The position numbers and the translations under genes are program-made. Shown here piece by piece: positions 13,578 to 26,350 of a DNA stretch of 64,000 nucleotides; position 1 is the first letter of the stretch; every line of letters begins with the position of its first letter. The stretch covers positions 8,581,487 to 8,645,486 of the forward strand of contig OZ199840.1 in the NCBI GenBank assembly GCA_964304625.1. Reading direction: 5' to 3'. The DNA comes from Kudoa neothunni (taxonomy: Eukaryota > Animalia > Cnidaria). The notes under the pieces are model-generated. The model was not told the origin of the DNA, made no database searches, and worked only from the letters and a program-made list of their open reading frames with translations.

Positions 13578-15791
13578 CCTTCCAAGTAAAATGGGGTATT
13601 TTCATACCCCAAACCTATTTAATCTTTAATTTTTTACCTCAAATCTAAGTCTAAAATTTTTTATATTCCGTCTAATCTTTTGACGTTATATAATACATAT
13701 TCTACCTGATACAAATTTTTTTTTGTTTTGTAAAATAAAATATAACGCCAAAATACCCTCCGAGTAAAATTGGGGTATAATTACACCCCACATTTTTATC
13801 AAATTAAATTACTCCAAATACAAAATAATATTTTTTTTGGAAATTTGATACAATTTCATCGACGAATTATTGTTTAAATCAACAAATAGTACTGGCCATA
13901 TTGTAACGCGCACACGCTTTCGGACGTTGGGAATATGAGCTCGAGTGAGTATGGCGGCAGCTGCTCTGATACTGATTCTTCTGACCTGGATTATTCCTTT
14001 ATATGTGATACGTCATCAGATAATTCGGAAGTTGAAACCAATGCTCCATCTGACTCTTTAATAGATAAGAATGGAACCTTATGGACAATTGAAAAACCCT
14101 CGACTTCTAGAACTGCGGTCGAAAATATTTTGACCAGTCGTGCTGGTGTTTTATCCTTCGTTTTGCAGAATGTTAATGAAATTCTTGATATGTTTAAAGT
14201 GTTTTTTCGCCAGGAAATGTATGATTTAATTTTAAAACATACAAATCAATACGGTAAACATTTTTTTGGTGATGCTTGGAAGCAATTAGATAGTGTCGAA
14301 TTCGATGGATTGATCGGATATTTATTATTGATGGGAATATTTGATGATAATCAACAACCAGTCAAAGAATTGTTTGAGTTAGAAGAGGGAAGACAAGTTT
14401 ATCGTGGCCTATTTTCTTTAACTAGATTCCGACAAATCAAGAGAGCTTTTCATTTCGACGATTTCGAAACACGAGAGATAAGAAAAATATCAGATAAATT
14501 CTGCCACATTCGTGAACTCTGGGATATCTGGGTCGACTCACTTATCCAAAGTTTTCGACCCTTTGAGGATCTTTGCGTCGATGAGCAACTTGTGGCTTTT
14601 AGAGGTCGTTGTAAATTCAAACAATATATGCCAAAAAAGCCTTCAAAATATGGCCTAAAGTTTTTTTTAATAACTGACCCAAAGTCAACTTTTGTTTGCA
14701 ATGCAATTGTCTACTTGGGAAAGCGATCTCAAGATGATATGAGGACTGTGAATGTTGGGAGGAATATTGTTTTAAAGTTAGTGGAACCATTTGAACGTTC
14801 TGGTCGAAATGTCGTATGTGACAATTTTTTCACGTCTATTGAGTTAGCGGATGAATTGTTACAAAAAAAACTTACGATTGTTGGAACGATGCGTTCAAAT
14901 AAGAGGGAGATACCACCATATTTGAGACCAGATAAAACGACTCCTCTTCATTCATCTCTTTTTGTTTTTAATAACAAAAAAATGATGCTAAGATATATGC
15001 TTTGTTCGTTCTCAACAAACACCCAAATATCAACAGAAAGGCCACTAAAACCCGATGTCATAATGCATTACAATGCAGTAAAAGGCGGAGTTGATACGAT
15101 TTCCAGATTATTGGCAGCAATAAATGTGAGACGAATATCTTGTCGTTGGCCGTTAATTGTTTTCTTTAACATGGTTGATATCAGTCTGATTAATGCGTTT
15201 TGTATATACAAAAAATTTATTCCCTTCATCAAAATTACTCCGGAGGGAATTTTTGAAAATGATGGCAACCCAATTGACACATCGACTGCTTTTGAGACGG
15301 AAACAAAATATGACAGCTAGTGAAGATTCCTCTGTTATAATTGGACAAAATAGTTACGGGAGATGTCGATTTTGCGATAGGAAGTATGATAGAAAAAACA
15401 AAATAAAATGCGACGTTTGTGCTTCATCTTGCTGCAAATTCCATTCCAATCATATTTGTTTTAACCGATAATTATATGTCAATTTTGTCTTATTCTTATT
15501 ATTCTATTATTAGTGTTATTCTTTTGTTCGTTCATTTAATAAAATAATTCTAATACCGCTTAAAAGCTTTCCTAAAATAGAATCTTAAAAGTATTGTCAA
15601 TAAACATCCTACTTCTGCAATGTGATCAATTTTGATTTGTGCGCTATACATGCTTAGCTAGAAATATTGGTCTATAATTTCAAGTTTAATCGATAAAAAT
15701 ACTTCAAAATTTTCAAAAATAATTATTTTCGAATTCTTAATCGTTTGGTTTAAAAAAATGTGGGGTGTAAATTTTGCAGTAACTTAGAAGG
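13578..15791 (+). mobile_element. Full-length piggyBac transposon
   Basis: TTAA TSD at 13574-13577 and 15792-15795. TIR CCTTCYAAGT. Subterminal TGGGGT/ACCCCA repeats at both ends. Internal transposase ORF. Confidence 0.92.
13935..15471 (+). CDS. piggyBac transposase, one frameshift before the C-terminal Cys-rich domain
   Basis: Acidic N-terminus and complete DDD triad (CVDEQL, VCDNFFTS, KGGVD). The CRD (CRFC...CDVC...C..H...C) lies in a shifted frame starting at an A6 run near 15210. An apparent short deletion lies around LRYMLCSFST. Confidence 0.85.
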
Positions 15792-16626
15792 TTAAAGTGC
15801 TATTTAAAATGTTATCTTGTGATCATTGGATTTTTCAAAGTCGAATTCTGGCCCGGCTCAAATATTTTTCGCACCACTATTTACCGGAGACAAATAAATA
15901 GAAAAAGATACGGTGATAGTCGAAAATTAATTGATATTGCTAAAATTAGCATCGCTCGGCTCGGCATAAACTTTGGTGCGCTCTTTCTCAAAAACACATA
16001 CAGATCGCGTCAATATCAAGAAAAATAATTTGAATAATCGGACGAAGTAAAAATACAACTATCTGCACTGGATTTAATCATTGAAAGTTCAACCTAGCGA
16101 ACGACTTCCACTAAATCTACAGACACAATGCGTTTATTCTAAAGTTTCAATCTATCTGTTGATCGCATTCACAACTAATTCGCTATGAATGAAATAAATA
16201 TAGCCTTTTTATTGCATCTAAAACCAATAATAGAAACTTCTAACTATGCTTATCAAGTCAAATACGTTAAAACTCCACAATTAAGGAGCGTGTTTGTACA
16301 AACCCCCAATATACACGCCAACATTATATAAACAATCAGATAACAACAGTTAATCAACATTTGATAGTACATATAAAGAGTAAAATTAACTTTAACCGAC
16401 CACCAGCAAGTCATATACCGGTGTCAATCCTATTGTTGAACTCAAGTAATCCGTTAAACAATCTTTGAGTCGACAAAATCACCCTTTTCTAAACAAGTAT
16501 GGGAACATTTGAAAATGTAAAAAACGATTAAAATATTGTTTGAAACATTGTGATCTTTAAAAAATTTCATAAATGTCTCTCTATAAGGAAGAAATTGGGA
16601 CGCGCAGGCGTATTTACTGACACACA

Positions 16627-17154
16627 CGGGGCTGCCCTTGGGTTTTAGAAAAAACCGAAGGATAGACGGTCAAAAAACTCAGGGTTGAGGAAAATACCAG
16701 TCTAAAGTACAAAAAAATATAATCGTATCTATTAAGATTTTTAATAATCTTCCGGGTCTTTATTTACGTCTACAGATATTAAATTTAAATTTATCGTCGT
16801 ATTATCGCAATTTATTGACGCGAGCACTCATTCAAAGTTATGTCTATTATAGATAAATATGTTCACAATGAATGAATTAATTCATATTTCAAGATATATT
16901 TTGAAATAACGTTAAATTTTCTAATAATATGCGGCAATGTTAACTGAACAATTGTGCTGTCGTTCAATATCGTATATGTTTAAACCCTGCAAGATATAAT
17001 CTGAATAGGATACGTTATTAAAAATATAAATATTAATGTCGCACATAATAAAATTTGTGCTATTATTCAATGTTTACAGGTTTTCAATAAAAACCCACAT
17101 GAACCCAAGGTGACCATACAAATCACAAGATCTTGGGGAAAACCCCAAGCCCTG
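16627..17154. mobile_element. Non-autonomous hAT element (MITE)
   Basis: Exact 8-bp TSD GACACACA (16619-16626, 17155-17162). Termini CGGGGCT and AGCCCTG. GGGTTTT/AAACCC subterminal repeats. Confidence 0.7.
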
Positions 17155-17601
17155 GACACACACACAAGGACATTTCAGCTTTATATATACAGTAGATAGA
17201 TTAAAAAAGTAAATTTTATTGGGTAATAAAAATATTTACAGTAATACTAAAATAACGATATATAAGTTTGAAGTGGTATAATTTAGCTAGAATGTTAGTC
17301 TCCTTAAGACGAGGTAGATTAATAATTTAACAATTACACTACCACAGAAAACAGAGAGAGAGAGAGAGAGATAAGGTACCAGAGTTGTACATGCCACGCT
17401 GTAGTACCTACAAAGTTCATGAAAGATGTTAAATATCTACAGTCTAATATGTTTAATAATTTGTGATAAGAATTTTTTTGGTGAAGAAAAAGATTTTGAT
17501 TTAACATAGAGAATAAGAAAATCAGTAACAGTACCAAATAATATCAAATACAGACGAATAAAGTTTAGTTATTACTAAGTGATGTTGAAAATAGATTATT
17601 G

Positions 17602-19135
17602 TTACAGCTTTTTTATTATAATAGCCGAAGCACCGCCTCCACTGTTGCAAATAGTGGCAACTCCAATTTCTCCTTCTTTTAGGAGATGTACAAGATGAAC
17701 AACAATTCGAGCCCCAGACATTCTATAAAATACCAGTATGATAGTTTAATAGACAGACTATAAATTTTTACCCAAATGGATGACCTATGCTGACCGCTCC
17801 GCCGTCAACATTCACTTTAGAGGAATCTAATTCTAATTCCTGATAACGAAAAAGGGGATAATAGAATGCCATCTATTATTAATTATGTGGTACTTTCATA
17901 ATAGCTAAAGTAATAGCACTAAAGGCTTCATGTATTTCCCAGTAATTTATATCTTCGATTGTGAGGTCGGCTTTTTTGAGGGCCCTTCTTATTGCAATAC
18001 AGGGAGCAATCCCGAAGTAGGTTGGCTCAGTAGCACCATCCGAGTAGGAGATAATTTGAGCGAGTGGTTTAATTCCTTTAAACAGTGAGACCTCTAATGA
18101 CATCAAAACGACGGCAGCGGCACCGTCAGCTAGCCTGCTTGCATTGGCAACAGTTATAGTTCCATTGGCTTCGAATGAAGGTTTTGCATTGAAGAGTTTC
18201 TCAATATTGAATTTCTGAGGTTCGTCATCACAATCAACGACCACATTGGATCCATTTTCATCTTCAACAACACATGATACAATTTCGGCATCTAGCTCAT
18301 TTGACTAAACAATAGCGATACATTATCCACCCAACCTCCGATCACAACGCCACAATACATTGATTGCACGCATAGCACGTTCATACGAACGTATAGCAAA
18401 ATTATCTTGTTCATTTCGAGAAATGTGGTATCTTTTTATCAGTTTTTCACTACATACACCCTAAATATATTAAACCAGGTAGGTAGATTATCTGCACACG
18501 ACTATACCAGGTGGACTCCATTGAACGGACATATGGTGGCATCCTGTAGAATGGAATCAGTCATCATATGATCGCCAAATTCAGGCACAACTCTCGGTAC
18601 GAGAAATGGAACATTACTTGAACTTTCCATTCCACCAGCAATAACCACTTCCTATTAACAATTGTTACAAATTGTGACCCCGCAATAATCATCCCCACAC
18701 CCGCAAAAGCACGCTCAACTAGTTACATGTTCTCCCAATGCTATGCTCTGGCATCCAAGCATAATTGCCTTCAACCCTGATGAGCATGACTTATTTACTG
18801 TGGTAGCATCTGTGGAATATGAAATTCCCGCCTGGACTGCAGCTTGACGGGCGGTTATTGCTTTGCAGTTGGCTTGAAAACACTGACCCATGCATACTTC
18901 TCCTATTTCTTCAGGATTAAGACCAATAATTGAGTAGGCTTGCTTAATCGCTATACCACCTAACTCGCTTGCGGTTTTTGACTTAAATAAGCCATTCATT
19001 GAAATTACAGGTGTTCGCACGGCACTCACGATAACTACCTTCTCCTAGAATCAAACGCATATCAAAATATCATTAAATCAACGAAATTCTCCCGTCAAAA
19101 ATTTCACCTAAATAATTAATAGTTAAGGTTACCAT
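17602..19135 (-). CDS. Acetyl-CoA acetyltransferase (thiolase), ACAT1/T2-like, multi-exon
   Basis: Motifs [20 protein letters not shown] (nucleophile Cys), [47 protein letters not shown]. Stop at 17602-17604. The start is proposed as an ATG-only coding exon (19133-19135) followed by an 88-nt intron. Confidence 0.9.
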
Positions 19136-21558
19136 CAGAGCAAATTCGTTTACAACAAACAAAAATAATACTGCTTGATCTATTTTTAATTCTTGCGTCG
19201 GAATATTGATGTTAGCTCTGATCAGAGTTATCTCAGTTAACAGTCAGTAAACTTATACCGTCACCATTACTGAGAGTAGACAAGACTGAACACCGACTCT
19301 CCAAAAATGCAATAATTTAGCTATTATGATTCTAATTTGGATGTGGAGAAGAATAGGAAACTACCTCAACAAAACCAACACGCGTTACATAGTCAAGGTT
19401 TCATCATGGATGAGTCCATCAAATTATACTAAAGCGATATAAATGAGTCATTGAGGCCGACCAGCTTCAGATTCGGAATCATCAGTAGAAGAATAGCTAG
19501 AAATGCTATAACAATTAGGCTACAATGAGAGATCGTCATTTTGTAATATGTTAGATAATAAATTAATTAGTCGAAATCTTTTTTGGTAAGTAGGTAAAAA
19601 CGATAAGGGTATCATGGTGGGTGTGATATCTCGTTTAAAGCCGAGAATATAGCGCTCAAAAGAAAAAAGACTTGATTTTTTGAAAGTAGAGAAATGAAGG
19701 GTTTGTTCTCAGTGCTTACATGTTGGTGATGAATTTTACTGTTTTACAATTTATTAAAATCTATAATTAGAACATTTTAAGCTTAGAATTAACATCAAAT
19801 GCATAAAAACAATCGGATTTTAATGGAAACGTCACATAAATATTCTTATTTCAAACATTAATTGTTACTTTTTGCATAAGCTTATGCGTATTCGATACAC
19901 TTAAAATTAAACTAGCAGTAGGTATATAAAAGGAGAAGATCAGATAATCTTTCGCATCTACAACAACATTATATAAAAACATGTAACCTTTACCTGAAAG
20001 CAAACGAAGTCTAATATTCTTGTTTGCGTTGATAATTGGCATTAGGTCTTATTTTAGGGTGGTTTGCATTTAATGACTTAAAGTTCTATACAAATATTTT
20101 TCAAAACATTTCTGTTTAAATAAGTAAAATTAATTTCTAATATATAGTAAATGTGATAATATCATTATACACTATTGAAAATATATTTACAATATTCATT
20201 TGAACCTTATATTTGATGAAATCCTCCATATTAACTGGGGATGTGATCATTCATTTTAAGAAATTATGTTAATATTTGAAAGTTGAAAATTTTCAAATTG
20301 ATTCAGTGAGAGGAGAGAGGAGAGAATTCCTATTACACCTGAAAACCTAATTTTCAAAACCTCGCAGTTATTGTTTTAAGAGGATAAAAAAGCTTCCAGT
20401 TAAATACTATTCGCAAACTAATGGCTTGATGTTTTTATACGTACTTTTTCAGATCTATAAGGAGATGAAACATAGATTTATTTCCGAAAACGATACAACT
20501 ATAATTTTATTATATCAATTTTCATCTCATCCTTAATTGATCAATAATTTTGGAAACAAAATTCATATTTTAATTCTGTCAAAATCACCATATTAATGTG
20601 GTGCACAAAATGTATCTGGGAATAATTTTACGTCTAAAAGCAAATTAGGCAAAAATATTACATATAAACATGCTATTTGAATAGTAAAATTCAGATAAAT
20701 TTAAATATCACGCCTTATATTTCTTTATTGCGCTAAAATTGGCTTGAGAAATGGTTACAGGGTCAACCATTGGTATTTTCCCAAATAATCAGGCTATTTT
20801 CCAAAAAATAATGATTCTTGTATTTTTATTAAGTAATTAAGATGATAAAACATTAACGGAATTCGGTAATAAAATATCAATAAAAAGTAACTAATACACT
20901 GATTTGGAAATAAGGAAATGATCATTAACACGAATCACAACATATAGGTAGATATAATTAAATAAGGCGGGTTAAAAAGAACTTTATAGATAAACTATAA
21001 ATATGCGTTACCTTACCAGATTTGATTAAAAACTTCCGTTTCAATTGTCACTGCCTCGGAACAATTATGTGTATTGATAACAATGTTAATGACATCATTC
21101 TGTTAGGAGAAAATGAAATCGTATAATTAATTAAAAAGTATCAATATAAAGTCATATTTTGAAGTGAAGATCCTGACATTGAATATAACGATTAAATTAT
21201 CACGTCTCGATTCAAAAGTTATAAAAACACTGAGAAAGACGTTCGTTATCGATAATACTAAAGCCTTATTTTCTCTACACCCGGTTATAATTGCAATACA
21301 CGAAAAGAATCAGCAAATAAAATAAACGGATATTTTTCAAGAAATGTAAAATTTGAACCTCATACGAGCGCGTCATTGAACCAGGCATTACGCAATATTT
21401 CTTCGACCCCCAATTTTTTACGCAATATCGAGACATAATCGTATTCAACAAAATTAAAATTATCAGATAAGATTAAAAATAATTAGATGACTGAATAAAA
21501 TAAGCAGATAAAAATAATAGGGCAGAAATATAAATAAGATTTGTATATTTTAACAGTT

Positions 21559-24171
21559 TCAGCACTCTAAACAAAATTGTAATAATTCCGAGCGTTTGTT
21601 TTGAATTTTTTTGTCTGAAATCAACATCTAAAACCAATTTGAATAAAAAACAAGCGTAAAGGGGAAAACTTTTTTCTTCGTTGACATTTCATTCAGAAGG
21701 TCGTTGAGTTTCTTTTCATTCTCCTCGAAGACCACAGAGCATTTGTTCAAAGAGGAAACCAAATTCTAAAATAGAACCTAAAAAATATAGGCCTAGCAAA
21801 ATTGTTACATGTGGGAAAATGGATTCGAGAACGACAGTTTGATTTTGATTCACAGAACGCTCAGTGGTCTCAATCTCATCAAGTTTGATTTTTGTTATCA
21901 ACTTTATCACGTCTTCAATTCTAAGTAAGTTTATGTTGTGTTGCTATTGAAAGGTAATAAATACAATTGGGAGTATTCTTCCTTCTTAAGTTTTTCGTTT
22001 ATCTGTGCATCTTTTCTTATGAGTTCAATAAGAGAAGCAATAAGCTTCGGTTGGTTGTTAGTCATATCATAATTTTTATTGTTCAATTTGTAAAGCGATG
22101 CTATGAGAAATCAACTCGATGACAAGTAAATCAATCAAATCTACCCAAGTAGTTGATTAATATTGTAAATATATTCCATATGTTTGAATCTTAATAGTAA
22201 AAAGTAAAAATCAATTCATCATCAATGCCGAAGCTCATAGAGCTAAAAATACCTTGATTTTCATCATTGCTAGTGGAATAATGCGAGAATAACAAACTAT
22301 TTCCATCCAATGAAACCTTTGAACAGTGATACAATAAAATTAAAGTTCACTTAAGTTACACTTTTCACCACACGATTATTCAACAGAGACAATATTCGCT
22401 CCAAACAATTGACACAACTTTTCAATAGATCTTCCTTTTGAACGAGGAGGTTGGTGTAATTGTCCAATTGTTTGTTGAAATTGGAATAGGTTTCTTTCAA
22501 CTACAACCACAACAATTCACAAAGATGCAGTAGTTATCCTACATAGTCGGTTATTGAGGCTAAAGGTTGAAGATCTTTCTCAATGAGATCAGCGATAATA
22601 TCAGTTTTTCTTATCTCCCATATTCTATCAAATTCCACAAATTAGACAATTATCTATCAAAGAGGCTGGTCTAGCTACTTGATTTTTTCTTCCATGTATG
22701 GTTTAATGGTACTAACAAGAAACCCATGTAATTCATCTCGCATTTTCTCAACCGAACGAGAGGATTTTTTCTCGCTAAATTGGATTCAAATAAGTTTTTA
22801 GAAATTGAAGCGAGCTGCCGATGTTGCTATTAAAAAATCACAATTTTGAAATTTGGCTCTTCCAATAAGTGATATTTTGCGCATTGATCAAATTGACCAA
22901 CTCCAGATAGCCAATCTCTTCGGCTTGATTCACCAGTGTGTTGTATTTTAGTTCAGCATAACTAGTTCCAATAACCAGATTAGAACAACGTAGAATCAAA
23001 ATTTAATGGGATAAATCACATCCGTGAATAATCTCTTAAATAAGACCACAATTTATTGTGATCGACTTCTGTAGAGAGATTGCTGGGAAGAGTGTTATTG
23101 TTGAGGGATCTGGTGATATCTAAACAGCTCAACAATGCCTTGATCAAATTGTCACGATCATTTGTTCGATTCGGACAATTATTTTTCATCGTTCCAGCCA
23201 TCGGCAGTGGATAGGTTTCTTGTGATATTAAACAAATCATCTTGAATGTTCTTTGAACTATTATCTTCAACGATGGACAAACATTGATCTCCATAGATAT
23301 TGTATTTGTTAAGCAGACTGGGAATAAAGTTTTTAAGTAGAAGATTGACCATTTTGTTGAGTTGTTGGTTGGTTTGAATATGGGTCTTGAGAACGCCGCC
23401 AAAATTTTGAATCACAGATTCATCGTTGTTGAGTGTGCTATTTAACAGACCATCATCTCGCAACACTCTCAACAGCGAAACCTCCATCTGAGGTGTTGAC
23501 ATGATGTTCTTCAATGAGGATTTTATAGGCTCCACAATCGCGACAATATTGTTGAGAAGGTCTGAGCGATAACTCTCGAGATTGGATTTAAATTCTGAAA
23601 ATCCTTCATTATCGATCGATTTTTCATCGATGTCATCATCTACATTATTTAGTTGATCGTTGGCATTGTCCATGAGCAGGATATCCTTAGTTGTTTGAAA
23701 GTTGTGAGCTTCTAAAAGAGTGTTTTGTTTTCTCACCAGCTCGTATTTATTTTTTGAATCTATCAATTGTTGTTTTGATGTTGAAATTATATCTTTCAGT
23801 TGCTCAATTGTAAAATTTTTATAATTGTTGTAGTTGTCGGTGGAAATTGATTGGACATTATCAAATGCCAACGATGCGGAATCCATTTCCAAAATACCCA
23901 TTGTCGAAAGTAAATTGTAGTTGCCACGAAGAGATTCTGGCACAACACACTCTTCGGTGATATTCTCCTTTATACAATCGACCAACTCAACAAACTTTGG
24001 ATCGTTATTGAGCTGCTGCAGTTGATGATGCTCGAACACTCTCTTTGTCTTTGATACTTTTTTTCGAGTTGAAAATTGATCAAGAGGAATACCACACAAT
24101 TCAGAAAGTTTTTTCACATGATCCACCAATAAACCGACACTATCATTAGACTGACGTCGAGATGTGTGCAT
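21559..24171 (-). CDS. HAUS3: HAUS augmin-like complex subunit 3, divergent and multi-exon
   Basis: Coiled-coil protein. The N-terminal ENITEECVVPESL...LLSTMGILE and the spliced C-terminal LNDLLNEMSTKKKMLISDKKIQNKR match my recollection of HAUS3 (NVNEQNVLSE...KSGKPILE; LTDILADVKTKRKTLANNKLHQMER). Frame break near 23180. Confidence 0.65.
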
Positions 24172-25110
24172 CTTATTAGATTAGTTGTTGGAGGAATTAG
24201 AGTTATACAATAGTGATTCCGCCAATAGCGCCCTAATGGAGATAAGCTTAGCGCCAATTGCGCTTGCGTGGGAAAATTTATTTCAAAGTCGTTAACGTTT
24301 ATTTTTGTAAAAATAGATGGTATAATCAATGCAACACAAATTTCATATTTAAATAAGATATTTGGGTTGGATGTATTTCGTTAACACTGATGAGTAATAA
24401 TATTTTATCTGTAAGATATAAAATGTTTTATAAGTAGTAGTTAATTTGGAAATCTGCTAAAAATGGGTTGATTCTTTTTCCTGTATATCCCACACTAGAA
24501 GATATATTATAAATATTTATGCTATTTTCGTAATTACTGAAGTAAATATATTAAATACGGTTTTCCTATATTTTGAAAATATTTTATTGTTGAAGGCGTT
24601 AATTCATTTCATTTCTAATTCTAATTATTTTATTTTAATATTCTAAGAAGATTCTAAAATATTTCTATCCATGTTTGATGAAAATTATGAACCAACCAGC
24701 ATTAGAGGTTACATGGGTCTTTTACTAATTAAAAAAGGATATAAATTTATTTTTTATGTTGAATATGCTAATTGAAATTCTTTTTATAAAACGTAAATAT
24801 TTAAATATTTATTGAATTCAATGTTTTATACGCATTGCCAAGAGATTATCTAATTATGCAGCTATTATTAATGTTATTAACGTTTATACAATAATATGAA
24901 TTTATTGTAAGCATAAGCTGAATGAGTTTTAGTTTGTATAATTTTATCATGTACTCTTTTGTATTGTATTCGAATATATTATGGTTTGACTTAATTTTGT
25001 TGAATATATTTGAATATTTTAAGGGGATTAGATAAAAACTAGCGGGAATTGAACAGTTTAACTTGGGAGTTTAAGCATTATATTCGAATGACTGGGAATA
25101 TGAAATTTAA

Positions 25111-25540
25111 ATTATGATCATTTCATTGAAGGAGTGTATTGATCCCGACGTTCATTTAATAATTTCGTGACCTGGGACCAACGCTAAATAATTTATGTTC
25201 AATATCGTATTTTTTTGCATTCCTGAATTATTTATATTCACTTAAAATGCTATTTAAAACGTTGTTTTTGTCCCGGTTCAGAAAGTTTTTGCCACACATT
25301 TTGGGGTTGGTAAAAAATATATAGAGATAAAAGAAAATTTCCGAACATTGATTTTTATTGTTCCAATTAATCTCTTGGGCCGGCATAAATTTTAATGATC
25401 TCTTTCTAAAAGAACGCTTATAAATCGCGCCAATATCCATAAGAGTAATTTAAATAATCGGGTTAACAAAAAATACAACCATCTGCATTGAGTTTAATCA
25501 CTGAAAGTTCAACATAGCAGAAGATTTCAATGAAATCTAC
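25111..25540. repeat. Dispersed repeat, copy 2 (empty-site paralog)
   Basis: Carries a single TTAA (25242-25245) at the position where copy 1 carries the piggyBac. Confidence 0.7.
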
Positions 25541-25751
25541 GTACCCCTTACTTGCAATAAAAGGCGATGGTGCCATATCGCACTGCTCTCAATCCGCGCA
25601 TATATGGTTGGTGTATTACAATCCTTATAATCCACATGTTACACAATGTTCATAATACAATCTTATAAATTAATTTACGCAAAAATGAATTACAGTAAGG
25701 TGTCAATATTGTGCATTAAATTGGGACCCCAGTCTTGATTGTCCAGTAAGA

Positions 25752-26062
25752 TTTTTTTTTACAAGGTAAAACCCCTGGCTCAACATATTAGGTTGTGGAA
25801 TTCTAGTTGGTTATACCTATTCCATTAACGCTTTAGGCACCGCAGGACGTAACATGAAACCCCGCCTCTTTTCTTTATACGGTATTGTGGGTGTTTAACC
25901 CACTAAACATCCCCGTCTCAGAGCGACCACCACCCCAAACCCTATCCCTTTCAGGACGTTGGCTCTGCGGGGACTGCAAATTACTTGTCTTTTGATGGGT
26001 TCCGGAGATTCAGACTCTCATCCCACTTCACAGCGAGCGTACACTTTAACCACAGCTCCCCA
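25752..26062 (-). mobile_element. tRNA-derived SINE, copy A
   Basis: Degenerate A/B-box head (GAGCTGTGG...GAGTCTGAATCTCC). Core GGGTTTGGGGTGGTGGTCGCTCTGAGACGGGGATGTTTAGTGGG and tail CTTGTAAAAAAAAA are shared with copy B. Confidence 0.6.
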
Positions 26063-26350
26063 ATATGAGATAGAGATCCACCGACGGATTGGAATCCATT
26101 ACCTCATTGTTCTGAGTCCGAGAGACACACCGATGTGCTATCTGTCCTCGGCTATGATATGGTCAACGATGATTTTTTTGCAGCAATTCTCTATTTCCTA
26201 CTTTCCAAATTCTTAAAAAGTAATTTTCATATTGCTCCCCACCATACTGTACTACTGGTTTTTCAGAACTCGTCCAACATCATATTTCCGTTTGCAGATG
26301 ACGGGTTCGTCTTTTGAACTATTTTGGCGGGACTACCAATCTTGGAAAAA

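Larger units (their letters stand above)
13440..16120. repeat. Dispersed repeat, copy 1 (split by the piggyBac at 13578-15791); copy 2 is at 25111-25540
   Basis: 13440-13577 and 15792-16120 align by eye, collinearly, with 25111-25540 (e.g. ATCCCGACGTTCATTTAA; TTTAATCA.TGAAAGTTCAAC; AAATCTAC). Confidence 0.7.

Noticed and set aside
19106-19109. AG|GT inside thiolase intron 1 as a recursive splice site
   Set aside because: It would require a 25-nt first step, shorter than any other intron here, and could easily be chance.
19360-19410. SECIS element or selenoprotein (spliced frame with two TGA codons, ATGA...GA hairpin)
   Set aside because: The stem geometry and AA spacing do not fit a SECIS, the hairpin overlaps the TGA codons rather than lying in a 3' UTR, and the peptide resembles no selenoprotein family I know.
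24387-24420. CTGATGA cores (24387, ~34073, ~19481 minus) as hammerhead ribozymes
   Set aside because: No properly placed stem II plus GAAA, and no closing stems.
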